A stretch of DNA of 63,933 nt, filler included, from Circinaria calcarea (lineage: Eukaryota), in the NCBI GenBank assembly GCA_051942165.1. It is 8 parts of 8 records of this genome, joined end to end, with 100 filler letters (N's around TTAATTAATTAA, not from the genome) between each part and the next. Parts side by side here need not be neighbours in the genome. Positions count along the whole stretch, not along the records: positions 1 to 7,918 come from JAVECS010001216.1; positions 8,019 to 15,935 come from JAVECS010001217.1; 6 more parts are not named here. One strand, given 5' to 3'. The position numbers were made by a program, and so were the translations under genes. This document shows positions 1 through 11,737 of the stretch, one piece after another. Below the pieces are notes generated by a model. The model saw only the letters and a list, made by a program, of their open reading frames with translations, ran no database searches and had not been told where the DNA came from. Within the stretch, counting starts at the first letter, position 1, and each line of letters starts with the position of its first letter.

Positions 1-1157
1 GTGTAAAAAAACACACGGAAGCTTTTCGTACCATTACCATTGACGAAGGAAGGTAAGATTTTAGATAAATCTAGCCCCTGGCCGCCTTTGGCAACGGGCA
101 ACGAAAAGAGAACAAAAAAAGAGAAAAATAAAGCAAAGAAAGGGTGGAAGATCCACAAAGTCTTGGATTCGGGAGGTCGTTTTCTTCCTTTCCTTCCTCC
201 CTCCTCCCTCCCCTTTACCCCTTCCCTTCACCCAGAACCCGGCCGTCCTGACTGACTTGACTTGACTGAACCCCCTGTTACCTAACCCGGTCATTTCTAT
301 AGACAGGATTGGAATTTTTATTTCTGTCCCGATCCCGACCTTGTTTCGGATTCCTGTTCCTGAATGATGGGGGCGGGGTTTGGTCTACGGAGTATAGACG
401 GTTCTACCTACCTACTTTAGGTCGCCCTTTTATTTTGCTTTATGTTGGCAAGGAAGAGCGGGCCTGCGGGGTAAGTTGGACCTTCGTAAGCCCCTGTTCT
501 CCCTGACCCTGTCTTAACCACCCCCGTTGCCCTCATCCAAAGTCTGGCAACGTATATCATTATCATTCAACAAGCTAGGAGAATGAGGAGTAACAATTTT
601 TCCAACCTAATATTTTTGCGATTGGGGGTTGGAGTGAGTACAGTAGGGAAATTCTGCACCGAACCAAATATACTAGAGATTTGCGATTTTAAGACGCCAT
701 AGCTATCGGGCGTTCCAATCAAGCGAAATGATCTACTTCAGCTAGGCCAAGCACAATAGATGTACCAGCACACTATAACCAGAATCGCCAACGACCATAT
801 TCTGTCGCTTCACACGAAACACCAAGTGGAATTTCCATCATATTCTCCTTTCCTCCCCCTCCCCTCCCAGCTACATGACGTACCCCGAATAGATCGTACG
901 GCTCGCCCCGAGCGGGTACCTGCATTAGTTCATGCAGATCTTTTTGATCTTCGCGTAACATCTGGCCTTGCTTAACCTTGTTTATCACCTTGTGGGCGGC
1001 CGTAGCTTGGTTTTTGTGCTTTGTGCTGTGCTTTTGGATCCAAGTCAGATGTAGGAGGCTTGGGAAAAGACTGCTCTAAATCATATATCATTCTGTACAA
1101 TGCCCGGAGCGATATACTCGAACGGTCTCTATCGACAGCCGATATACGGAGGGCTGT

Positions 1158-2549
1158 TCAAGAATGCTCAATAGGCTCTTCTGGAAGCAACGGCTCAGCT
1201 TTCCGTCGTCTCATGCACTTCTTGAATGGCAGCCCGACAATGTCATTGAACAAAAAGGTGCCATATACTAACAGCACAAAGCCCACAATCTGAAGCCACT
1301 TGAAGGTCTCCCAGTGAAGTGCCAGCGAGACAATCCAGATGAAAAGGGTTCGGCAGGTATCAATCGTGGATCGAGATGTCGCACTGACGGTCCTTGTAAC
1401 CGAAAGCCCAAAGAAGTTAAACCCACCGATGCTGATCATAATCAGGATGGAGGATATCGCAATGTTCTTGTAGTGGGTGACTTGTCTCAAACCCTCCACG
1501 GCATCAAACCATTCGTGCTGTCCACTTCTCCCGACAGCAAAATGTAGTATGATCATTCCAATGACCGTAACGGTAAAGCCGAAAACGCCCTCCCATCCAA
1601 CCATTTTGAGGGGTTCAATAGCATACCGCTCCAGGGTCCACTCTTCGAGGACAAATTGAGTCGCTGTGAAGATTTGAGCACCAGCAATCATGAGGACGCC
1701 GAGAATGGTTTGAAGGGCATCCGGCGTCTTTGCCTTGGCCATGCCGGCTCTTATAACAAGCGTTGCTACTTGGACGAGTGATCGAGGTTCTGGCTTGGCC
1801 TGTGGGTTAGGTGCAATAGCGCCTGCAAGTCCAACAATACCAACACCAAGCACGACAACAACAAGCGCGGTCCATTGGTAGAGATAGAGCTTTCGACGCA
1901 GGAATATGACGCTGAATAAGCCAACAAAGAGTACTAATGCGCCTCGAGTCATTTGATAGATACTGGCCGCAACATACAGTAGGCCAACGTTCATTAAGGT
2001 CGTTCCGGTAATGTCGCAACATGCAGGGAGAGCGAGAAGTAAAGTACTCCAGCCTCGTAACGGTTTGCGGTTCTCTTCCTTGGCGACGAGAGGTTTGAGG
2101 ACCGCACTGGTGTCCTCATGGCCGGGGAGGTCGTCGGTCGAGTCGTGCCTCAGGTGTGTATATCTTTGTTCTTTTGACGAAAGCCGTCTATAGAGAGAGA
2201 AGCCCGCTACCACGAGCCAGCAACCCATCTCTCCAATGAACATCTGCGCGCTGAGCACAGTCAGGAGAGTTTCTTGTATTCGATGGCATAAGGACATACG
2301 TTTGGATGACTGGTTGCTCGAACGTCTTCCTTCGTCCCGGATTCGGATCGTTGCAGTTTCTGACACATTGCAGATCCTGGATCGTCAGACCATGATGGCA
2401 GGTGGCGGCGAGTTGCTTACCTGGTATTTTGTAAGGAGCGTGTTGCAGACACCAGTCTATCAACCATCAGCATGAATCTCGAAGATAAGCCAAAATCCTA
2501 CCAGAAGCATCATGGTGACTAGCACCGGAATCATCACGTTGGAAGGCAT
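1158..2549 (-). CDS. SLC35F/DMT-family integral membrane transporter (nucleotide-sugar transporter-like), 3 introns near the 5' end
   Basis: Spliced reading MPSNVMIPVLVTMMLL/TGVCNTLLTKYQ/DLQC..FEQPVIQT/AQMFIGEMGCW joins ORF 1158..2366 through GT-AG introns. Motifs LPACCDITGTTL, SIYQMTRG, QFVLEE, VGWEG, SATSRSTIDTCRT; many TM segments. Confidence 0.88.
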
Positions 2550-3941
2550 GTTGAGGTTTGAATATTATCGAGTTCTCAGCGCTATCGCATGGTCTTATTG
2601 TGCGAAGGCCAACGCTGCCAGCTGGTCAAGTTGGGGCTTGTTGTCGTCTTTGGCTTTGTTCGAGTTGGGGCCCCAGCTGATACTGTCAAGCCACCCACCT
2701 TTTTATGACTAGTCTACGCCACAATCTATGGTCGACGCTTTTACCATATCGCAAACAGCAGTACATCTTATTCTCACTCTCTGCAATACTATCACAAGGT
2801 CTAGTAGCAACATCCATCAAGTGGTGCTTTCCGAAATTTCTCCTGCGTTGGAATAATAGGTACTTGACAGTTTCATCAGTAAAAGTCTCTCGCATTCTAT
2901 AAAAAGGGCCCTGGCGTGCCTGCCGGACAGGGCAAAATCTGGAATCTACCACAAAAGTGGGCGGATCCTGCAAAGAACGTGAAGATCAGCGGGGACTGTG
3001 CGGCATCAAGGCATACATTATGGTCAAGGTCGAGTAGGTTTTACGTGAATTCAGTATGCAGTACCAGTTAAACCGCCAGATTTGCCCCTGATTCACATTG
3101 GCTATTCATGGGTATAATTTATATTCACTGCGTGTAATTTCTACGAGATAGTGGAGTGGAGGAAGGGAGATATGCAGTACTGATCTACGGGGTAGGGGGT
3201 GATGGATGGAGGTGGGAGAGCAGGCATGGAATGCGGGTTATTAATGTATACTAGTTTATCATCCTAATCAACAGTCCGCTTATTATGAGGGCGAGTGTGC
3301 AGTAAAGATTGGGTTAGTTCTGGACTGGATGTAAAGTAGGGTAGAAACGTAGCACCAGAGTATGGAGGGCTTTGGGGCGATTCGTTTCCCATGGAAATGG
3401 TCGGTTCGAATGCACATGAGCAAAAGGTCAAAGGTACCGATTTACCTTTGGTCAGAGCGCTGTCTTGGATAGAGCTTGCATTCTTCAGGTAATCACACTG
3501 CCACGGATAGGACAGAGCAAGGTCAGAACATGCATTATCAATACAGCACTAGACGCATCATCAAAGACAGGACTGCGAGTAGTAGCATAAGTCGTTTCAT
3601 TCCTCTATCTAGCTAGTCTGTGAATCTGTACCGTAGTCTCAAGTAGCTAGTGATAGGGGTTTGCCAAAAGCTCGTGCATCGCCAAAGAAAAGGGTCTCAG
3701 CGAGGACAATGCATCAGACAAATAGCAGTCGGTAAAGCCGGTAATACAGCTTAGATACCCGATAGGTACAGTTATTCCCTTGGTAATGAGTGTAAAAATG
3801 TGCTGGCAAGGGCGGTTAATTGTGCTCAGAGTAAAGAAAAAGTGCATGCTAGGTAAAGAAAACCACGAAACGCCGATGCATGCGGAGACGATCAGCTGTG
3901 ATCGAAAGTAACTGTAGTAGAATCGTGGTCGAAACACGCAA

Positions 3942-5819
3942 TCACCGCACACTTCCAACCTCCCTATGTCTATCCCTATGTACAAAGGATCCTCGGCTAT
4001 CACCCATGACGGGCCGACTGTGCCTCTGATAAGGATATTCATCCGGTCCTCGATCTCTGGGTGAACTATGGGACGGACGGCGAGCATACGAAATGTCCTC
4101 TTCTGCCAATGTTCGCGAATAGGGTACTTCTCCATACAGCGTCTTTGATGATGGCCGGCTTGAAGGAGGAGGTGGTCGAGTAGACTCGCTACGAGACAAG
4201 GGTGGCCGAGATGATGCGCTTTGCTCAGGAATATTGATAGAGGCTCCCCGACTAGGCAATCGAGCAGTGGTGAATGCTTTGGACAACACTGGACGATGAT
4301 CCGATCCACGGTGATGGGTTTTGGGGGAAACTTCCCGATCCTGACGGTCATGGCGATTACGATAACTAGAGTATTCCGACTCGACGGGGGCCACACGGTG
4401 TACCATCGTCTCGTCCTCTTCGCTGATCCGATACTGTTTCAAGTTGTAACGGGGACTTGAAACAGTATGTTCAGGGCTCGAGTACCCGGCTTCATGAGTT
4501 TCAGTGTTCCTTAGTCGGGACGACCGTAAAGGCTCACGCTCCCGAGGAGAAGACATTCCAGCTAGAGGACTTGTTGCGGATCTCGGCAAAGTGGGATGCT
4601 TGGGCTCATCACGTTGAGGTTCCATTGTGGCTGCGCGAGAAATAGTTGCATTTCTCGGAGAAGAAGGTGGAGTCCGGATGTGAACAGGATCTGAAGTATG
4701 CGTTGGCATTTTAGGTCGGAACGCTTCAGGCCTACTAGCAGGTTCAACAATCTCTGGTGGTCGTCGGTCTTTGCCGGAGGACCTAGTCCGACTTGATTCT
4801 CTAGGCCGGCGTGGGGCGGCGGACCGCCGTGCGGTATCTAACGAAAGTGGCGGAGAAGGAGGAGGTGGTGGGGGCGGAGGTGCCTGTCGGAGGTTTGCTG
4901 ACGGAAACTTGGTGGACGACGGACGACGTGAGACGGGATCCAACGGGGGCCTCGATCCGGTTTTCGTAATATATTCGGCTACGTTGCGAGTTTGTTCGTC
5001 CTCGGATTCCAAAAACTTGGTGTCCTCTCGCTCTTTTCGTCTTCTATCATCGAGCTTTCTTCTCGGTTCTGTTACTCTTCGAGTATGGTACTGCAAGGTT
5101 GAGTCAGAGTCTGTATCAGTATCATCTTCTACATGGGCGGATTGGTGTTTAGTATCTGAATTCCTCCTTCTGGCCTTGTCTCGCGTCTTTTTTGCTTCTG
5201 AACGGTATGCTTTTTCTGCTGCCCTCTCCCTCTCTCGTTCTCTCCTCTGCCTATAGACCCGCTCATCCTCCTCGTACCTCCGTTCACGTTCCCTCTCCTC
5301 GTCCCGCTCCCGAGCCCTCCTCTTGTCCTCCTGTGCGCGTGGCGAATGCAGCTTGGGAGAGGGGTAATCAGAGCGATCGTCGTAAACTCTGTGTGACGAA
5401 CGAGGGTCATCGTACTTATGCAAATATTCATCGTCATATGCACGAGGACGCGGTACCCTTTCTTCCACTATCACATTGCCTCGCATCTCAAAGGTCGTAG
5501 GACCGGCTGTTCGAGGGCTAAACTCACTTGCCATTCGACGTGGGGGACATCGATCGGATCTCATCAGCTCCGCCCGTAGTTCGGCAAGCTTAACACGCTC
5601 ATCGTACCGCTGCTTCTTCGTCTCGTCACTAAGGATTTCGTAGGCCTGCTGCACTTGATGAAATTCATCGGCCTTTTGAGCTTTGATTGACTCGTCCGGA
5701 AACTTGTCAGGATGGCAGATGAGAACGAGTTTTCGATGGGCACTCTTGATGGTAGCTAGAGAGGCGTTCTTGGGTACGCCAAGGGCTTTGTAAGGGTCGG
5801 GAGGTATTGGTGATGCCAT
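3942..5819 (-). CDS. DnaJ (J-domain) protein with long R/S/P/E-rich disordered C-terminus
   Basis: N-terminal DPYKALGV..IKSAHRKLVLICHPDK..AYEILSD..YD J-domain with intact HPD; single 625-aa ORF. Confidence 0.9.
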   Translation of the reverse strand: MASPIPPDPYKALGVPKNASLATIKSAHRKLVLICHPDKFPDESIKAQKADEFHQVQQAYEILSDETKKQRYDERVKLAELRAELMRSDRCPPRRMASEFSPRTAGPTTFEMRGNVIVEERVPRPRAYDDEYLHKYDDPRSSHRVYDDRSDYPSPKLHSPRAQEDKRRARERDEERERERRYEEDERVYRQRRERERERAAEKAYRSEAKKTRDKARRRNSDTKHQSAHVEDDTDTDSDSTLQYHTRRVTEPRRKLDDRRRKEREDTKFLESEDEQTRNVAEYITKTGSRPPLDPVSRRPSSTKFPSANLRQAPPPPPPPPSPPLSLDTARRSAAPRRPRESSRTRSSGKDRRPPEIVEPASRPEAFRPKMPTHTSDPVHIRTPPSSPRNATISRAATMEPQRDEPKHPTLPRSATSPLAGMSSPREREPLRSSRLRNTETHEAGYSSPEHTVSSPRYNLKQYRISEEDETMVHRVAPVESEYSSYRNRHDRQDREVSPKTHHRGSDHRPVLSKAFTTARLPSRGASINIPEQSASSRPPLSRSESTRPPPPSSRPSSKTLYGEVPYSRTLAEEDISYARRPSHSSPRDRGPDEYPYQRHSRPVMGDSRGSFVHRDRHREVGSVR

Positions 5820-5828
5820 GAGGATAGG

Positions 5829-5849
5829 TGTTGTTGTTGTTGTTGTTGA
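5829..5849. repeat. (GTT)n microsatellite just upstream of the J-protein start codon
   Basis: tgttgttgttgttgttgttg seen directly. Confidence 0.8.
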
Positions 5850-6604
5850 TCGACCGATGATTGGGAGCTTGTTATGGAGGCAGGTTTGTAGGCACTACCA
5901 CATTGATAAAGTTTGTTCTTCGGCCCAAACGACACTTGTTTGTTGGTCGAGCCGCGGTCACGAAGGCGGCCTTGTTGATGAAGGACGGTAAGCCGAACCT
6001 ATCGGCCGAAGGAAAGGAACGGAAAATTAGAAAATCGATGGATGGTGTTGAACGGCGGTGGAATAATTCCACTATGGTACGAGGGAGAGAATCCGTGGTT
6101 ACTGTCGCTTGTGATTTTCCGCGGCGCCACTCACGTGTTTGTCCGAATTAATTACTTACGAGGCACCCGGGGGAGTTGGGGCCGAGAACTGGCTCAACAA
6201 AGTCTCTCCTTCCTACCGGTGGATAGGAACTAGGAATTAGGATTAGGAGTTGGGGAAATTGAGAGGATGGTAGTGCTTCGAGGGTGTTGCGGACGGTCGT
6301 GCTTGATTGTCGTCAGCTGGGGGTGGGGAGGTTACTGTGGTGAACTGTGCATTGAAACAGAGGTCTTCGAGTCGGTTACCCCCGGATTCCACTGCTGACT
6401 CTGGCTAGAGGGAAGGTCAATGTCGGTCTTGAAGGGAGTGGTAGCACAAGTGGACTTTGAGGTTCCTTGAGGGGTCCTTTGGGCCGGAGAGTCACTCGAG
6501 TGTTCAGGGCTGGTACCATCGATATTGAAATGGAGACGGTTGGAGAGCTGACGCTGCTTGCGCCGTGAGACGAAAGACGGAATTTCTCTCGAGAAGAATG
6601 CTGT

Positions 6605-6641
6605 GATGATGCTGCTGCTGCTGCTGATGATGATGATGATG
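6605..6641. repeat. Compound (GAT)/(GCT) trinucleotide microsatellite
   Basis: gatgatgctgctgctgctgctgatgatgatgatgatg seen directly. Confidence 0.8.
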
Positions 6642-7918
6642 GAGCGAGGACGGTCAGAGGCCACCAGTATCAAGTATCGGGGAATAACAACCAAGGCCCC
6701 GTCAGGTCAGGCTGGCGGGTCCCGTCACGGCTTTTGGTTCCTGTCCTAGGCTGAGGGTGGATGGAGGAAAGGGAGCCAGCCTTGGGCGGGAGAGTCGGAT
6801 GTAGGAATGATGGAATCCCGCTTTACACGATGGACGGCCACATCCTATTCACTGCCTGCAAACGGCGATGCCCATTCACCAGGACTGCCAGTGCATGGCT
6901 TAGGAAGTAGAAGGACTATAGGTAGGTAGCACCTGGGCATTTGGCTGCATTAGAGTCTACGAATCACTACGGTCCTGACTTTCCCCGATCATCGCGCCGT
7001 GTCTCTGAGGCATTTGCTCCCAGAATATGACGGACAGCCCCCCAATGGAAGGCTACCCCATCTTCCCTCCCTTTGATTGGGCGTAGCAACTGCATGAGAC
7101 GCGCTAAGAAAAGGGAAATGGCCACGCTGATGTCTCGCTTAACTGTCGGTAAGCATGTCGATGGAGAGCAAAGAGCATGTGGCCGTGGCGGGGTGGATTA
7201 TGATACCGTAGCTATCATACTTTAGTTATCATACCTTAGGCTGAGAGGTATGTCCCCGGCCAAGCTGCTCCATCTGACCAGCAGCAGTCTCTCTCTCCTT
7301 GTCGCATATTCGGTAGAGGCAAAAGGGATCGGTCCCGATGTAACTACCCCCGTAAAGTTGGGGGAAGATGCTACGGGATTCGCGGAGTTGATGGCCCAAA
7401 GGTCTCCAAGGTTGTTGTTGTGACCGACTCCTCTGCCACTGCATATTTCATGTACACCAAAATCCGTCCGTTGTCAAATCATCGGCCCCTCGTTTTGACT
7501 TGGCGCGTGGAAGGTGCAGATGCCTAAGTTGCAGATGAGGGGAAAAGGTTCCAAAAGGGTTCGGCGGTTACCGACAGAAAAGAAACACTCGACGAATCAG
7601 AAATCGGACGCCTTGCGTCTTCCCCACACCCATGCGATTATAGAACCCCCCTTCCGCTGTATTACCTTTGACTGTCGTAAAATACCTACATAGTTCGCAT
7701 CATCGAATCATCTACGTGCAAGTCGATGCGATATCGAATCCACCGACAAGTGCTGAGAATATGATTTGAGTAGACACCCCCCTGGTCGTCGGAAAAGACC
7801 TCATCCAACGTGTCAGCCGTCTATTCCACTGATCTCTCCCTGCCTTAGTCTTACCGCAGCAGCATGACGAGGCAGCTCCGAATACAAGGGCCCAGCCGGG
7901 CATTCGCGGGCGCTTCCA

Positions 7919-8018
7919 NNNNNNNNNNNNNNNNNNNNNNNNNNNNNNNNNNNNNNNNNNNNTTAATTAATTAANNNNNNNNNNNNNNNNNNNNNNNNNN
8001 NNNNNNNNNNNNNNNNNN
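7919..8018. other. Artificial contig linker N44-TTAATTAATTAA-N44
   Basis: Identical 100-bp spacer with stops in all six frames; occurs 7 times. Confidence 0.98.
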
Positions 8019-8577
8019 GTTGAGGATTGGGGGGTTAGAGGGGTTGAAGAGGTGAGATTGGTGTGGCTCAGGGATAGGTTTGAGGATAGGTTAGCTAGGG
8101 GTAGGGAGAAAAGAGCGTGAGATTTCAAAGGTGGGGGGGGGAGGATCGAGCTGGCTGTAAAGTCGAATGAGCTTTGTACCTGTTGCAAGCCGCTGAGAGA
8201 AAGCTGTGGCCGGGTCTTTTTTTGGCTTGGAGGCTCCAGAAATGAAATTGGCAAGTAATAGCCCTATACAAGGCGATGGATGAGTACTTCTCAGAGTCAA
8301 AGAGGTGAAAGTCATGGGCTGGAGAGGTGAGAGTTATGGGCTGAGGGGTTCGAGTACGGAGTTTCCTTTTCTTCTGAATGTGAGATTGTAAGAGGGAGCT
8401 GAGGTGGATTAGTTTTGAGGTCGAAAGGTGGCAAATAGCGCCCCGTACGCGGCCAGGTGTGTGCGAGACAATGTACGAATGCTTTCCGAAATCGAGAATT
8501 GTATTCAGTTTCTAATCATGAATTTCAATATTAGGCAATGCCATTAAATATCAACTTAGAGATGGCTAAGATAATCC

Positions 8578-11004
8578 TCAGTCGCTATCACAACTGTCGT
8601 CATCACTCGTCTCGTCGCGACTATCGAAATCTGCATGCAGTATAACCTTCCCTTTCCGCAGATGGCCTGGGGACCGTAGTGCTTTCCGTTGATTGGCCTT
8701 CACCACCTCTAGATGATTATCATCCAGTCCTTCGAGTGCACCACAGGGTCCTGCAGTCGTATATAAAATCTTGACCACCTTTTTCGGTTTGCTGCTATCT
8801 TGCAGGGTGATATTCTGTAGGAGCTCGAGGATGTCCGTGACTTTTTCGTCCACGTGGATATCATCCAACTGTTCTATTCCATCAATTATGATTAGGAATG
8901 TATCCGGGATTAGGTATAAAAGGTCTGTAAGGATATCGAAGGCTTCGTCAAAAGTCTCTAAAGTTCCATCGAGGTGCGTGAAGCGAGATTTGGTCAGGTG
9001 ACTTTCGGTTGATATTTGACGTGGGAGTAATTCGATTGCTTGACGGATTAGAGTGTATAATAGATCAACAACGGCAGCTTCTTCTTTGCTGGAGGTATCC
9101 TCCTCATTTTCCATGGTCTCTTCATCTTCTTCAGGTATATTGCAGAAAAAGCAAAGCAAGGGAATCTTCAACTCCAAGGCGGCATTGATTACCTTTGCGG
9201 CAATTGTCGAAGTGGACGATGGATATATACTTTCATACACCCCCAGGATCCAGAGACTTTTGGATTTTGCACCATGACTCCAATCTTGAAGGCTTTCGAC
9301 AACAGAGTGCTCCGTGTAGACACATTCGCGGTCAAGCTCACTTAATGTATTTGCCGGGGCGGATGTATAGTAATCCAGATGTCTCGACCAAGTTTGAATC
9401 TTGCTTTTTGCGTGAGTTCGTCCGGAAACTTTGGGATGGTATTAGTTTCTCAGGAATTGGTTGCTTCAGGCTATACTTACAAGAACACTTTGTTGCCTTG
9501 TTTTGTCGTCCTTGATTAATTCTTTCAACGGAAAGTTCCCGTGGTGATATGCTATCTGCTGTTAAGACTTTAGCGTTGCAATCAACAATCTGACCGTCCC
9601 TGACATACTGATAGAATGCGTTGTGTGAAGGTCCTCTGGGCGTTTGAGTAGCCAAGACTTCACGTTGGTTCGTAGACATTCACTCATGTTCTGCCCAACG
9701 AGCTGTCCTAGAAAATCTTTGAAATCGGAAAACTTCTGATTTATGATAGCAGCCGAATATCTGGATTGATGGTCTGCCTTTTCCTTGACCCTCTGTTCTG
9801 CATCTTCGATGATAAATAGCCGCAGGTCTCGTATTTCCGCCTGGGATTTTAAGGCACCCTTAGAAAGAATCCGGCTTGATAGTTTCTTGATCTTGACAAT
9901 CTGATCCTCGAATACATCATAGAAGTCCTCCGTAAGGCTATTCAGAACCTTTTTCCAGCTCTTGCTTTGAAACCATTGCATCGCACACTGGAGGAAGTGA
10001 AAGATATGAGAGTAGAGATTGCCTATGGCTTCCCGCATGTCTGCAACATCCATCAAGTGTACTGTATCCACACAAATGTCCAACTCGTCACTGATTTCAA
10101 CCAGAGCCTTGGCCAGGCCTTCCGCAATCCTATGATGGTTCACCGACGCCTAGCACATCACAACTGTTAGCCTAATTGTGTAGTCATGGCAACCAGAAGA
10201 TTCTGCAATGACATTCAACTCTATTAAAGTTAGAGCTGCAAGGGGTGGGTGTATCAGTAAGAAATAGATCAAGATAGCTTGGTATTGACAAATAATATGT
10301 GGGTGTCTCTTCAAATGAATAATCGGACGCACCTTTATTAAGGTTTTTATTACTCCGCAGAATGTCGAGCAGTACTCATTTTGACTCGGGAGCATCCCAA
10401 ATAAGTTCTGGTGACTGTTCAAAGTCTTGCAGAACGAGTGGAACAACCTTTGCGCTTTACCACGGGCCAATCTATCTTTATCCTTCCATAGCTTTTCTGC
10501 GTCAGATACCGTAGCTACAATATCGTCAAACGTAACAGGCCTATCTCTGCCTATAGCTTTCCATCTTGTCATGCCATCGCTCTTCCAAAACTTGCTCTTC
10601 TTCTTTTTCTCCTCTTCTTGCTCGCTTTCAAGCGACTGCAGATAGTTCTTCCAGTATCTTTCCAACTCTTTACATCGTACGTCGATATCAGCGTCTGCTG
10701 GGTTGCTGGCACAATAGTATCGTGTATTAGTCAAACCATATCAATTCCCACTTGCAGGAGAGGGGTGATGGCGCCAACGCGAGCGTTCTTACACTGGCAA
10801 AGCATTCTCATCTTCATAATAACGTCTCCACGGTCCTGAGCGTTGTAGTTCCTCCCTTTCTGTAGTAGATTCCAGACAAACCGCCAGAGAAGATTTTGGT
10901 TGGCTAACTGCAATACCAACGCTGAATTGCCGGATATTTTTCCTTATCCCTTCTTCTACCTCCTGCTCTTCGAGAGCGGCTCTACTGTCATTCAAAGTTG
11001 ACAT
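8578..11004 (-). CDS. Fungal NACHT/STAND-like protein with helical N-terminus and degenerate P-loop (multi-exon)
   Basis: ORFs 10789-11004, 10150-10734, 9562-10143 and 8578-9240 can be joined by GT-AG introns. C-terminal part reads LQDW..SKSLWILG, LLCFFC, LLYTLIRQ, FLIIIDGIEQL (Walker B-like), KILYTT (sensor-1-like). GxxGxGK[ST] is absent. Confidence 0.72.
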
Positions 11005-11737
11005 GACTGGAGTACTTCACAGATAAACGGGCAGTGAACACAGCTAAGTTATGAGCACTACACCTCCCCAGGCTGAATGTGTGCGGAACTGTAATTGCCT
11101 GCGCAATCTGCCCCCACATTTCGCCCTCCTTTTTTGGTTTTGGCACCCACTCGGCGGAGTATGACCTGCATGGCCCGCAGTCGTGAGAAGGCTGACGGCT
11201 CTTGTCATTGGTTGACCGCGAAGAAAACCCCTCAAACTGCTCTGATCTCCCTCCACAGAAGTACGAGACAGACCAGGCTGCGGGGCTCTTTTCTGCCGAT
11301 GGGTTATTTTTGTAGTACACCATCGCACTGCAGATGGTTGCCCTCAACGAGGCTGGCGCTAATTCACTTTATCTTATAGGCCGGCATGAATCACCTACTG
11401 AAATCCTTGACGGGTGAATTATTCAAACCTATTCGGGACGCCCTAGATAAGCCGTACAAACTGCAGGTCTCGAGAAGGCTGAAAGTAACCTGCCTTCCCA
11501 ATCGCCCGATATAAGAAGCTCGCGCCACATATGGTTGTGATCAGAATCTACTCCACTGATATAAGAGATCGTACACCGAAGTATGTTTTACTTTGGTAAG
11601 CATTGTCTTGTCAGAGAATACTGTATGGAAGACTAATAACATAAGCCCCAGTTTCCTAGGCTCATACTCCTTACGTCCATTCTATCACTCGCAGTAGGTA
11701 TCAGGGTTGGAGAAAACCAGTCCTGGCTTTGAAGTTC

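Noticed and set aside
3647..5500. Long overlapping and antisense ORFs across the J-protein gene
   Set aside because: Shadow frames of a GC-rich low-complexity CDS; the same applies to 14406-14996.
7963..7974. TTAATTAATTAA recurring every ~8 kb as a biological periodic repeat
   Set aside because: Always centred in exactly 44+44 Ns; a synthetic six-frame-stop linker.
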